46,852 bases of DNA from Candidatus Aenigmatarchaeota archaeon (GCA_026397335.1 JAPLVB010000006.1:1-46852), one strand, 5' to 3'. Counted from the first letter of the stretch, positions 10,549-20,521 are shown. The notes: generated by a model from the letters alone, not told the origin. Numbers and translations: made by a program.

Positions 10549-12384
10549 ATGGCTAAAGGCCAGACTGAGATTGTTGTGGTTTTGGGGATTGTGATTGTTG
10601 CTATTGTTGTTATTCTATATGCCGTTCCAAATATTCTTCCTTCTGATGTGCCTGCGGGAATAAAGCCAAAATATGATGCTGTGAAAGCCTCTTTTGAGAG
10701 CCTTGTCATGGATGGCGCGCAAAATACCATTAGAAAGCTCTCTCTTTATGGTGGATATCTTGACAACTCCTCTTTCCAGATGGGTTCTGTGACTTTTCTT
10801 GGGAAGGAAGTCCCGTACTGGCAGTACAATGGCCAAGTGAAATACCCGAACGTGAAGGATAATTTCATCCAGGGCCTGAGGGATTACCTGGCAAATAACA
10901 AAGATACTGTTGCTGAAAGCCTGAAAATGAGCGGAGTTGCTTTGGGAGATCCGCAGGTCTCTGCAAATTTCCTGAACAATAAAATTGTGATAACTGTAAA
11001 CATGCCTGCCACAATAGACGGGTATAAGATATCCAAGCCGTATGCTGTTGAAGTTCAGACAAGACTGAATGAGATAGATGAGTTCGCAAAGGGGCTTGCA
11101 TCCTATGATGCGAGCAATAGGCCGTTCGAATACTATACACTCTCCTCAATGATGATAAGCCCTATAGAACAGGATGTGCACACAGTTCCGATGTTCATAT
11201 TCCTTACAGAATGTGGAGATTATGTCTTCAAGAGCTGGTGGGATTTGAAGCCTGCGATGGAGAATGTGATAAAGACCACGCTCGCCCAAACCTATATGCC
11301 GGGGAAAGCCCCCCTGAACACCATGATGAGTTCTGGTTCTCCCAAATACAGCCTTGTTCCTGTAAACGGGAAAAGATACGAGAGTCTCGATGTCGCCTTC
11401 CATCTGCCTGATGATTTCAGTCTCACGCAGGCGGACTTCCAGTTCTCTCCTGACCCCATAATGGTTACGTCCAAAATCATTCCCATGGTGGGTCAGTGTC
11501 AATCAGACCCAGTTTACGTGAACTATTATGTTTCCTATCCTGCGATAGTAAGGGTGAAGGACCCCCTTACCCAGAACGTCTTCCAGTTCGCCCTTCATGT
11601 TTTCATAAAGGACAACAAGCCAGGAGTCTGGACCGAATCAGGGTATGAAAGTGATGTCCAGAAGCAGATATGCTCCAACCCGCAGTGTGCGGCTGACATC
11701 TCCCTGAAAGACAGCACAGGTAAACCGGTTGACTTCGCTTCCATAACTTTCATGGGATGTGATCTGGGAAGGACAAATTCACAAGGAGTTTTAAGAGGGC
11801 CTGCCCCATGCGGCCTGGGCCCGCTCCAGATATACAAGCAGGGTTATGATGCTTACAGCAGGATGGAATCCTCAGACCGCCTGGCCGGCCTGACAATCTC
11901 GCTTGTGAAGACCCCTGCAATAAATGCACATTTCTATGAGGTGATAATCCAGAACCTTTCCCTTAACGGCAAATATGACATCTCGCAGAACGCGGTGAAC
12001 GTCATAGAAAGCGGCCATATTGTTTACATGAATTTCTATGACATGGCAAGCATCAAGTCTTACCAGATGGGCTACAATATGAGGGGCGGGCAGATTAATG
12101 GAATGCCTGCCGGGTATTATGTTATCGGAGGGACTTTGCTCTCCAAGGGCAATGAGCTTGGCGCATTCATTATCAATTATACATTATCCGAGGGTCTTGA
12201 CGGGAAGGACCTGTACATATATCTTCCAAACGAGCTTGGCTATCAAGGAATAACAGACACAGCCCAAAAGGCCGGTGCAACAGTCACCCTGACTAATGTG
12301 TTAATAAAATGCGGTCTCGGTCCGGTCTCTCTCTCGGAAATAAAGAACTTCAAAGGGTGTTCGGTGGGTTACAATGAAGTTTAA
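10549..12384 (+). CDS. Large class III signal peptide (pilin-like) protein, 611 aa
   Basis: MAKGQ-TEIVVVLGIVIVAIVVILY, followed by a long extracellular region with paired Cys. Confidence 0.75.
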   Translation: MAKGQTEIVVVLGIVIVAIVVILYAVPNILPSDVPAGIKPKYDAVKASFESLVMDGAQNTIRKLSLYGGYLDNSSFQMGSVTFLGKEVPYWQYNGQVKYPNVKDNFIQGLRDYLANNKDTVAESLKMSGVALGDPQVSANFLNNKIVITVNMPATIDGYKISKPYAVEVQTRLNEIDEFAKGLASYDASNRPFEYYTLSSMMISPIEQDVHTVPMFIFLTECGDYVFKSWWDLKPAMENVIKTTLAQTYMPGKAPLNTMMSSGSPKYSLVPVNGKRYESLDVAFHLPDDFSLTQADFQFSPDPIMVTSKIIPMVGQCQSDPVYVNYYVSYPAIVRVKDPLTQNVFQFALHVFIKDNKPGVWTESGYESDVQKQICSNPQCAADISLKDSTGKPVDFASITFMGCDLGRTNSQGVLRGPAPCGLGPLQIYKQGYDAYSRMESSDRLAGLTISLVKTPAINAHFYEVIIQNLSLNGKYDISQNAVNVIESGHIVYMNFYDMASIKSYQMGYNMRGGQINGMPAGYYVIGGTLLSKGNELGAFIINYTLSEGLDGKDLYIYLPNELGYQGITDTAQKAGATVTLTNVLIKCGLGPVSLSEIKNFKGCSVGYNEV

Positions 12385-15300
12385 ACTAATCGCGATAGAG
12401 GTGTTTGCAATATTCGTCTCATATCTAGTTTTCTCTCTAACTGTGACTTCTGCGACTGATGTGAGCATAATGTTCAACGGCCAGATTCAAGAAACGGCAA
12501 AATACGAGCAGGAAAAGCTTGTTAACATGCTCATAACAATGCACCACGAATCAAATGACATCACATGGACAAACGTGAAGCTTGTTGTTAACCTGAACAG
12601 CGCGAGCCTTGCAAACAGCATAAAGAAGATATACCTTTACAAGTGCAGGTCACAGACTCCCACGGAATGTGTGCGCTCCGCCCCCCAAGTATTTGACAAT
12701 TATGTGGACACAGAGCTTCTCTGGAAGGACATCTCGGAGAAGACCACCGCAGCCCAATACCCCCAGATAGCAAACCTCCTTTTCATTGTGAAGCTGGAGG
12801 ATACTAACAAGAAGGAGAACTGGGTGGGATTCTTCACCCAGACCAAACGAACGAGTTACAACACATTTGACACCACCCAGCTCTCTATCCAAGGGATTGA
12901 GCTTCATGCAAAATCCCTTTACCTTGTGGAGCCCATAAAGGCCTACATAGAGAACAAGATGATGATACCGTTCAAATGGGCAACCAAAGTCGTTTTCTCC
13001 GGTGCGAACCCGCTCTATGGGATAGGCGCCTCCGGCCAGGAAGCAGACTCCCACAATTTCCAGACAGCTGTTGTTCCTGTGAACGAGATAACAAGCATAA
13101 ACAAGGATTTCTATTTTGTTTTTCCAAAGATAAGTTCCGGTATTGCAAACCCGATTGTCCTGAACCTAAACCCCTCATTCAGCTGCGGAAACGGGATTTG
13201 CGAATCAGACATAGGAGAGACTGCAGGCTCTTGCTGTTATGACTGCGGCTGCGCTACAGTCCAGTACTGTGATACAGCCTCAAACATAAACCTGAGCACA
13301 TGTAAAGCCGATAATATGGCTCTTTCTGTTATCTCAGCAAACACAGAGCCAATCTCAGACTGTGCCAGGGGATTCAGTGCAAACATATCAGTCCGTGTGA
13401 GCAACCCTCCTGTAAGCCTTAGCTCACAGATATCAGGGACTGTGAAGCTTAACAATACAGTTTATAATGTGATGTGCTCAGGCAGCTCAGGCTCATATGA
13501 ATGCACAATCCCGCTTACCTCAAGCATAAAATGCGGTGAAGGCTCATATGTAATCGGCCCCGGGATTCTAAATCTTACAGCCAGCTACAAGGACGGCCCA
13601 AATGCAGCTACCAAATCCCTCAGCACCTCCTTCTCCGGAGTGGCCGTGAACTATGACTGCAAATGCCAGGAAGGCAGTTATTGCGACTCGATAAAGAAGA
13701 CCTGCCAGTCAGAAGGTGCAATCACCCTTGGCATAACAAGGATTACCTCCTATCTTGACAATTATAACCCAGGAGACAGGATATACCTTAGCGCAAAGAT
13801 ATTCAATCCTCCCGCAGGCCTTGTTCTTGTTGACAAGAGCGCAATCATGAACCTCACGAATGGCCAGGTCTCTCCAGGCACGCCAGACTGCTCTCCACCC
13901 AGTCCGCAGTTCGAGTACAACTGCTCAATACCTTTCCAGATTTCTGGCTACACAAATGAAAAGGCATATACATTCAGCCCGAACACGCTTTCTTTCACAA
14001 TAACCTACAATGACGGCCCGCTTGCAAAAACCAAAACCATTTCCGCTCCTTTCGGCCCCGTGAGCATACCCTCCCGCCTGTGCGGGGACAACCAGTGCAA
14101 CATGGATGAGTCACAGGAGAACTGCTGCCTGGACTGCGGCTGCCCGAGCGCGAACCAGTTCTGTGACAAGGTGGCTGGCTGCATAGACCAGGATTCTGTC
14201 TCTACCTCTGTGAGCTCCATCAACCCTGTGAACTTCACGGACTGTAGGCAGGAGCACACAGTCTCCATTGGCGTCACCGTGAATAACGCTCCCACGGACA
14301 TGAGCCTTGACTACTCAGCTTACTTGCAGAATGGCCTGGTAAAGGGCTGGAACCTGCACTGCGAGAAGTCCTCTGTCAATCTGTTCAACTGCACTCTTGT
14401 TATCCCCCCGCTCGAGAGCGAGGGCTGCTCCCTCCCCTACAAGACCATAACCGGCAACTCCATAAACATGACAATCTCCTTCCCCAACGGGAAGAGCAAG
14501 CAGATAACCAAGCACCTTAACGCTCCCTTCCAGGACATTTTCGTGATTCCTGTATATCACTGCGGCGATGGCACATGCGAATCCTCGCTTGGCGAAAGCC
14601 CATCAAACTGCTGCTATGACTGCTCGTGCAAGGACTCCCCCGCCTTTGGGGAAAACTTCTACTGCGATTTTGACCCGCAAACCTTCCTAGGCGGATGCCT
14701 CCCGAAGGCTAACATCTTGCTTGTAATAGACTCTCCCACAGCTCCTGTCTCCCTTTCCAGCTGCGAGCTCACGAACAGCGTGAACATAAAGGCCCACATA
14801 ACCAACCAGCCCAAGAACGCAAGGCCTGAATACTTTTACGCCTCCCTGAACGGCTCCAATGCGGACATGATACACTGCGACCAGCAGCAGGTCACGCAGG
14901 GCTCCAATTATACCTTCAACTGCACCTTAATGATTCCCAAAATCTACCAGTGCTCCCAAGGCCAGACCTACACGTTTGACCAAAACTCCCTTTCCGTCCT
15001 GCTAAGCTATGAGAACGGCAAGCAAAAAACTGAGACCCAGACTCTCTCAGCCTCCCTTCCAACAATCACAGTCAGGCAGGGCATCAGAACCCTTTATGAT
15101 ATCACGCAGGAAGGGATAAGGAAGATGCAATCCAAGCTTAAGGACACCATGCAGACTGCACGGGACATGCTTGATGCATTCAAGAGCTGCATGGAGACCG
15201 TGAAGACCATAGGATACATGACTCTTATAGCTGCCATTGCTGGCGGAATATGGGCCGGCACAAGCAGCCCCACAACAACCACTACCTCTACGCCGCAAGC

Positions 15301-16555
15301 CATCACGTCAACCACACAAAGCAAAATTGCTACAGGCGTGAGCACGGCTGTCCAGATCGGCCAGCTTGGGACCAGCCTCATGTCTGCATACGGGAAGATG
15401 TGCGAATACCTGAACACCATGTACCAGATGGGCCTGCAGGTCCAGCAGCTGGAGATGAAGATGATACAGATGGACATGTGCATGGAGAGCAACCAGCACA
15501 TGCTGGACATAGGCCAGTGCAATGGAAGGGAGCAGTCCTGCTTCCAGTCCATGGTTTCCTGCGTCAACTTCAATGACATCCAGTCCTGGGCAAGCCAGCT
15601 CAGCACAACAATACAGAGCGGCAACAACGCCCTGGCAGGCATGAATACTGCCCTCACAAATGCGGGAACCATAGCCGGGACGCTTGGTGGAAATGGGTAT
15701 GGAATAATGCAGATAGGATGCGGCGGCAAGGAGATACCTAACGGCGGAAAATGCTGTGGATCCAATGGCCCATCAGGTTCGGTCACATCTGCGACAGGCG
15801 TAGGTTATACTTCGTGCTCATATATTGATCTTGAAATAAGAACTGTTCAGAACACGCAATATTGTTCAGGAAATTACATGATTCTTGTAGATGGCAGCAG
15901 AGTGACTACAAATGTAATGAAAGGCGACAATATCCAGTTCTTTAATGACAAGACGCATAGCTTCGCGCTTTATTGTGATTCGAACAAGAACGGCATCATA
16001 GATTCAAATGAGTTGGCCATAGGCAGCGGCCTCCAGGCAACCCTTCTTAGGCCAAATGTTTACAATGCCGCAAGCCAGCCCTGTGAGTGTACCGGAAGTG
16101 CTGGTAATGCTTCTACATCTGCTGGCTGTTGTTATATTAGCACAAGCAATTGCCAGGAGGCGGTGTATTTGGATGCATGCAATAATCTTAAAGGTACGCT
16201 GAAACCGGATGTTTCCTGCGCCGCAGTTCAAGGATGTCCCCAATATAATGGAACTGCCAGCGTGACGGCAACCTTGACTGCAGATAAAACTCTGATTAAG
16301 CCGGGTGATATAGTGACTTTCAATTGTAATGGTATTGCAAGCGGAGGTGCAACCATCAACAATTATGTGCTGGATTATGGCGACGGTGGGGACTATTCCT
16401 CTACAACACCGATAATAGGTTCCTACAGGCAATATGACTGCTCAAACAAGAGTTCGTATGCAACTACTTGCACAGTAAAAGACACGACAAAAACACCAGT
16501 TTTAACTGATACTAAAACAAATACAATTCAATGTGATTATTCTGGTTTGAGTTAA
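12374..16555 (+). CDS. Giant secreted Cys-repeat protein with an internal hydrophobic helical hairpin and a C-terminal PKD-like domain
   Basis: Signal peptide; CG(N/D)xxC...CCxDCxC modules at 13184, 14081 and 14561 (partial at 13658); hydrophobic segment IGYMTLIAAIAGGIWAG; C-terminal VTFNC...YVLDYGDG PKD-like motif. Confidence 0.8.
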   Translation: MKFKLIAIEVFAIFVSYLVFSLTVTSATDVSIMFNGQIQETAKYEQEKLVNMLITMHHESNDITWTNVKLVVNLNSASLANSIKKIYLYKCRSQTPTECVRSAPQVFDNYVDTELLWKDISEKTTAAQYPQIANLLFIVKLEDTNKKENWVGFFTQTKRTSYNTFDTTQLSIQGIELHAKSLYLVEPIKAYIENKMMIPFKWATKVVFSGANPLYGIGASGQEADSHNFQTAVVPVNEITSINKDFYFVFPKISSGIANPIVLNLNPSFSCGNGICESDIGETAGSCCYDCGCATVQYCDTASNINLSTCKADNMALSVISANTEPISDCARGFSANISVRVSNPPVSLSSQISGTVKLNNTVYNVMCSGSSGSYECTIPLTSSIKCGEGSYVIGPGILNLTASYKDGPNAATKSLSTSFSGVAVNYDCKCQEGSYCDSIKKTCQSEGAITLGITRITSYLDNYNPGDRIYLSAKIFNPPAGLVLVDKSAIMNLTNGQVSPGTPDCSPPSPQFEYNCSIPFQISGYTNEKAYTFSPNTLSFTITYNDGPLAKTKTISAPFGPVSIPSRLCGDNQCNMDESQENCCLDCGCPSANQFCDKVAGCIDQDSVSTSVSSINPVNFTDCRQEHTVSIGVTVNNAPTDMSLDYSAYLQNGLVKGWNLHCEKSSVNLFNCTLVIPPLESEGCSLPYKTITGNSINMTISFPNGKSKQITKHLNAPFQDIFVIPVYHCGDGTCESSLGESPSNCCYDCSCKDSPAFGENFYCDFDPQTFLGGCLPKANILLVIDSPTAPVSLSSCELTNSVNIKAHITNQPKNARPEYFYASLNGSNADMIHCDQQQVTQGSNYTFNCTLMIPKIYQCSQGQTYTFDQNSLSVLLSYENGKQKTETQTLSASLPTITVRQGIRTLYDITQEGIRKMQSKLKDTMQTARDMLDAFKSCMETVKTIGYMTLIAAIAGGIWAGTSSPTTTTTSTPQAITSTTQSKIATGVSTAVQIGQLGTSLMSAYGKMCEYLNTMYQMGLQVQQLEMKMIQMDMCMESNQHMLDIGQCNGREQSCFQSMVSCVNFNDIQSWASQLSTTIQSGNNALAGMNTALTNAGTIAGTLGGNGYGIMQIGCGGKEIPNGGKCCGSNGPSGSVTSATGVGYTSCSYIDLEIRTVQNTQYCSGNYMILVDGSRVTTNVMKGDNIQFFNDKTHSFALYCDSNKNGIIDSNELAIGSGLQATLLRPNVYNAASQPCECTGSAGNASTSAGCCYISTSNCQEAVYLDACNNLKGTLKPDVSCAAVQGCPQYNGTASVTATLTADKTLIKPGDIVTFNCNGIASGGATINNYVLDYGDGGDYSSTTPIIGSYRQYDCSNKSSYATTCTVKDTTKTPVLTDTKTNTIQCDYSGLS

Positions 16556-17316
16556 TCTATTATTTGATATAATTCTTTTCCTACGGGTATTTGACCTATT
16601 CTTTTGAGAGCTTTAAGTCCTTCTTGATCTTTTTCTTCAAGAATTTTTGTGGTATTCGGACCTGGTGCACATCTAACCACCGTCCTCTCCTTCCCATCAA
16701 TCACCATCTTCATCACATCGGGACCGTGTTTTTCATTCTGCAACCTGCTTCCTCTGGGAGGGGTTCTTCTATTTATCAGATATCCTGCCATATCGCTCCC
16801 CACTTCATCCAGCATGGGATCTGGAAACATCCTTGAATCCCTCTTGTATGTTTTTCCGCCTGCCAAAGACTCGTTATCTTCGTATTGTATGTTCAGTTCT
16901 ATAGAATCGAACGGAAGGTCCATATAACCTGTGCGCATCTGGGGATCCTTGTATTTGTAATTGAAAGTTCCTCTGATTATTATCGTGTCATCAGTCACTT
17001 TGTCAGACCTTGTGATAACTTTTACTCCCTTGTTTCTCAGGATTGTTGCCAGCTTCATGGGTATTTGCCTTTCGACATTCTGGTAAAGACCTTGAGGCAA
17101 ATCTCCAGCAACCTCAAAATTATCTATATACACGCTCACTCCATCCTCCGCCCACGCCTCCATCTGCTTGAGGAATCCTTCCCCGAAAATTGCAGCTCCT
17201 GCCAATCCTGCGGCGCCTTTCAGGAATTCCCTTCTTGAGATCCCTTCCGAGAGGTAGGCCTGGTTGTCGAGCTGTTCCCCTTTCAGATAGTTTTCTGTTG
17301 GATTCTTAGTGGACAT
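16552..17316 (-). CDS. Tat-signal exported hypothetical protein
   Basis: ISRREFLKGAAGLAGAAIFG twin-arginine motif and an AWA cleavage site. Confidence 0.7.
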   Translation of the reverse strand: MSTKNPTENYLKGEQLDNQAYLSEGISRREFLKGAAGLAGAAIFGEGFLKQMEAWAEDGVSVYIDNFEVAGDLPQGLYQNVERQIPMKLATILRNKGVKVITRSDKVTDDTIIIRGTFNYKYKDPQMRTGYMDLPFDSIELNIQYEDNESLAGGKTYKRDSRMFPDPMLDEVGSDMAGYLINRRTPPRGSRLQNEKHGPDVMKMVIDGKERTVVRCAPGPNTTKILEEKDQEGLKALKRIGQIPVGKELYQIID

Positions 17317-17431
17317 TTTCCCACCATTTAGTAGTCATCATATAGTAGTTAATTGTTATATTAAAATTTGGGAGTTTGGGGTTTATAAAGGTGACGGTAT
17401 ATATAACAGTCCCTGGTCACAATATTAAACC

Positions 17432-18859
17432 ATGAAATTATTTTTCTTGGGATTTGTTTTGAGCCTGGTTCTCCTAACAGGCACAGCCCATGCCCTTCGC
17501 CTAACAGACGGCCTTTTCTTCACAGTCGCTCCCAACTCCACCGGGGAGGTGTATTTCATCCTCCCTGATGATGTGGGCGCGGGACCTGGAAAGGCTGATT
17601 ATTTCATAACCACTATGACAAACTGGCCTGTGGACCTGACCGAGCAGACTGTGACTACAGAGGAGAACAACACAGCAATAATCCCGATAAAATTCTACTC
17701 ATCAGGCAGGAAAGAAGGAGACTGCTCCAATTACACTGTTACCATTTCTGCCCCGGGCCTAAACCTCTCCAGAACATGGAAAGGAGGGGTTTGCCTCTCC
17801 AAGTATGCTGATGTTGACATCTCCAAATCAGGCGGGGACGCGAAAAGCGTCCTTAACAATAATGTGGATCTCTTTAGCGCGGGATTCAGGACTTACACAA
17901 AGAGTGCCAAGCCAGGCGAGACCGTTCAGGTAGAGGTCCTCATACAATCGCAGGCAAGCCTTATGATAGACGTCACCCTCCAGTCCCAGGCCTTTCTGGA
18001 CAAAAGGAGCTTTGTGATCCAGACAAGCCAGAACTCTGAATACAAAGGCCTGATTGTTAATGCGAGTGCCGCTTCCTCAGGGAATTATGACATAATCCTG
18101 ATAGCAAAAGCCAGAAACTGCTCCCTGACCTCGTGCACAAAGCAGAGCTCCATGAAGTTGGTGGTTTCTGGAACAGAGTCACAGGAAGGATTCGCGGTTT
18201 CCGTCTTCCCGGAGAACCTTGCCATAAAGAAGCTGGAGCCGGTAACATACTCATTCACGCTTCAGAACAACTATAAGGATGAGGTTAATTTTATCGTGGA
18301 TGTGGAGAAGCCGCTGGATCTTGACAGCTCCTTCGTGCTCGGGAATTTCACTGTTCCGGGCCTCTCGGAGAGGACTGAGAATTTCACTGTCACCCCGCAT
18401 AACTCCACAGGATTCTATGAGATAAAGGTCCGCGCCAGCATGAATGATGTCGAGAAGATTATTTCTGCATACCTCTCAACGAATGAGATGGTTTCTGATG
18501 TTTACAGGAATGCGGATGATGTGCTGGCTGGCGCGAATTCGTCTGTCCGGGCGGTTGTGGACAGTAACGTGAGGAACTGGTACAGCTCCTACTCAAAAAA
18601 CGAGTACGGCTCAAACATTACAGGATATGCAAACCTGCAGGAGACGCTGGATGCTGCAAGGAAGCAGAACGCCTCATCTGTCCAGCCCAAGCCGCCTGCC
18701 AACAATACATATGTCCCTGCTGATGGCACAGAATCTCAGCCCAATCCTTTGCAGTGGATTGTTATACCCATAGCTCTGGGTGGGGCGGTTCTTGTGGTCC
18801 TTATGCTTTTCAGAAGGAAGAAAGATAAAGGTGAAGAATTCCTGGAACTATCCAGATAA
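17432..18859 (+). CDS. Surface protein with signal peptide, beta-rich (Ig-like) domains and a C-terminal TM anchor
   Basis: N-terminal signal ending AHA; C-terminal WIVIPIALGGAVLVVLMLF-RRKK. Confidence 0.8.
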   Translation: MKLFFLGFVLSLVLLTGTAHALRLTDGLFFTVAPNSTGEVYFILPDDVGAGPGKADYFITTMTNWPVDLTEQTVTTEENNTAIIPIKFYSSGRKEGDCSNYTVTISAPGLNLSRTWKGGVCLSKYADVDISKSGGDAKSVLNNNVDLFSAGFRTYTKSAKPGETVQVEVLIQSQASLMIDVTLQSQAFLDKRSFVIQTSQNSEYKGLIVNASAASSGNYDIILIAKARNCSLTSCTKQSSMKLVVSGTESQEGFAVSVFPENLAIKKLEPVTYSFTLQNNYKDEVNFIVDVEKPLDLDSSFVLGNFTVPGLSERTENFTVTPHNSTGFYEIKVRASMNDVEKIISAYLSTNEMVSDVYRNADDVLAGANSSVRAVVDSNVRNWYSSYSKNEYGSNITGYANLQETLDAARKQNASSVQPKPPANNTYVPADGTESQPNPLQWIVIPIALGGAVLVVLMLFRRKKDKGEEFLELSR

Positions 18860-18880
18860 CAATTGAATAGTGGGTGTTTC

Positions 18881-20521
18881 TTAGTAGAAATCCTCATCTG
18901 AGAATTCGTCCTCTTCTTTCTCGTCACCGCCCTCTTCAAACTCTTCCTCTCCACCGCCGCCTTTCTTCTTTATGAATTTCTTGAACACAATAAATCCCAC
19001 AACAGCAGCGGCTGCCACACCCCCTCCTATCAGGGCTATGGTTGTTATGTCAAATCCGCCAGTTGGTGACGGTTCGGTGCCTCCTGTGCATATCCCGTCT
19101 GAGCAGGTTTCTCCTGCTCCTGTGCAGTCAGAACTTGTGCAGCATTGCTGGCAGCTCCCGGAGCAGCATACCCCCGAACTGCAGTCTGAGTTTGTCGTGC
19201 ATCCTATTGGAGTAGATTTCTCGCATATGTTGCTGTAAGTGCACGTCTCATCTGTATTGCAGTCAGAACTGCTGCAGCACTCCCCGCCTGTTATGCATGA
19301 GCCGCTGCAGCATATTCCTCCTGTGCAGCTGGCCATATCGCTCTTGCCTTCGCACTCTCCCGGAATAACTGCTGATGTGCATTTGAAATCAGAAGAACAT
19401 GTTTTTCCTGAAGGGCAGTCAGAACTGGAGCAGCATTCTGCCCCTCTTGTCCTGCATATTCCTCCGCAGCATATCCCGCCCAGGCAAAGCGCCATGTCAC
19501 TCTTGCCCTCGCAGGATGCTGGATTTATTGCGCCAATCACGCTGATTCTCAATTCAACTGGTATCTGCTTGATTTCTGTTGGGCCTGACAAGAGAGTCGC
19601 GAACGTGGAGATGTTTGTGCTTGACTGTATATTGTTGAGAGTGACCGTCATGTACGTGCTCTCATTCGGCTCAAGGGAGGTTTTCTTGGGGGTTATGGTC
19701 AGATAACTGGAAATCTGCTGCGGAACAGAAATGCTCAGGGCTGTGAGATTATCTGTTCCCAAATTCGTGATTTTGAAAGTCTCAATCTTGAACTCCTGGT
19801 TTGGATTTATCACAGGGCTGTAGGCTATGCTGTCTGCCTTTACATCAGGAGATCCTGTTCCCCCGCCACCGCCACCAACAACCACCCTTGCAACCCCTCC
19901 GCCGAAATCAGTGGGGCTGGTTGCAGAGAAAGCAATGTAATACTCCCCATTTGAAAGGGTTATGTTGGTGCTGTAGCCGTAAATCATGTCGTTTCTTATC
20001 GTTGTTCCGCTCTTCACCATATTGAGCCCGGCAGTATCATAAACCTTGTAGGAAATAGTACCTGTTATAGAACCTCCTGCCCAGGCTTTTATGTAGACAA
20101 TGTTTCCTGATGTGGTTATTTGGCTGCTTATCGGGATTCCTCCCACGCTCACATTAACAGATGTGGTTTGATTCTGATTGTTCTGGTTTACGGCAATAAC
20201 ATCAGTTTCATAGGGAACCCCGTAAGACGGTCCCGGGAACATGTTGGGGCCACATGTATTCGGGATGTCTGTGTTAGAAAAATAGCACACATACTTGTTC
20301 CCTACGAAATTAATGCTCCAATACCCGTATTGTACACCATAGACAATCCATTTCACGCTCACGGATTCCCCGGAGGATGCATGCGGGTCCGCGATCATGA
20401 TGAAGCTCGAGTTGACAGAAATCTTGTCCGGTATGAAAGTCACGTCAGGCGGCTGTATTGCGCTTGCACTCGGAACAGAAAGAAAAATCACAGCCAGCGC
20501 TGCAATCCAGAATGGCTTCAT
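18881..20521 (-). CDS. Type I membrane surface protein with Cys-rich tandem repeats and an acidic cytoplasmic tail
   Basis: Signal peptide, repeats CEGKSDMAxCxGGICC...CCSSSDC, TM helix, KKKGGGGEEEFEE tail. Confidence 0.8.
   Translation of the reverse strand: MKPFWIAALAVIFLSVPSASAIQPPDVTFIPDKISVNSSFIMIADPHASSGESVSVKWIVYGVQYGYWSINFVGNKYVCYFSNTDIPNTCGPNMFPGPSYGVPYETDVIAVNQNNQNQTTSVNVSVGGIPISSQITTSGNIVYIKAWAGGSITGTISYKVYDTAGLNMVKSGTTIRNDMIYGYSTNITLSNGEYYIAFSATSPTDFGGGVARVVVGGGGGGTGSPDVKADSIAYSPVINPNQEFKIETFKITNLGTDNLTALSISVPQQISSYLTITPKKTSLEPNESTYMTVTLNNIQSSTNISTFATLLSGPTEIKQIPVELRISVIGAINPASCEGKSDMALCLGGICCGGICRTRGAECCSSSDCPSGKTCSSDFKCTSAVIPGECEGKSDMASCTGGICCSGSCITGGECCSSSDCNTDETCTYSNICEKSTPIGCTTNSDCSSGVCCSGSCQQCCTSSDCTGAGETCSDGICTGGTEPSPTGGFDITTIALIGGGVAAAAVVGFIVFKKFIKKKGGGGEEEFEEGGDEKEEDEFSDEDFY
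19085..19515 (-). repeat. Three tandem Cys-rich protein repeats (two closely similar)
   Basis: CEGKSDMALCLGGICCGGIC..ECCSSSDC, CEGKSDMASCTGGICCSGSC..ECCSSSDC and CTTNSDCSSGVCCSGSC..CCTSSDC. Confidence 0.8.
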
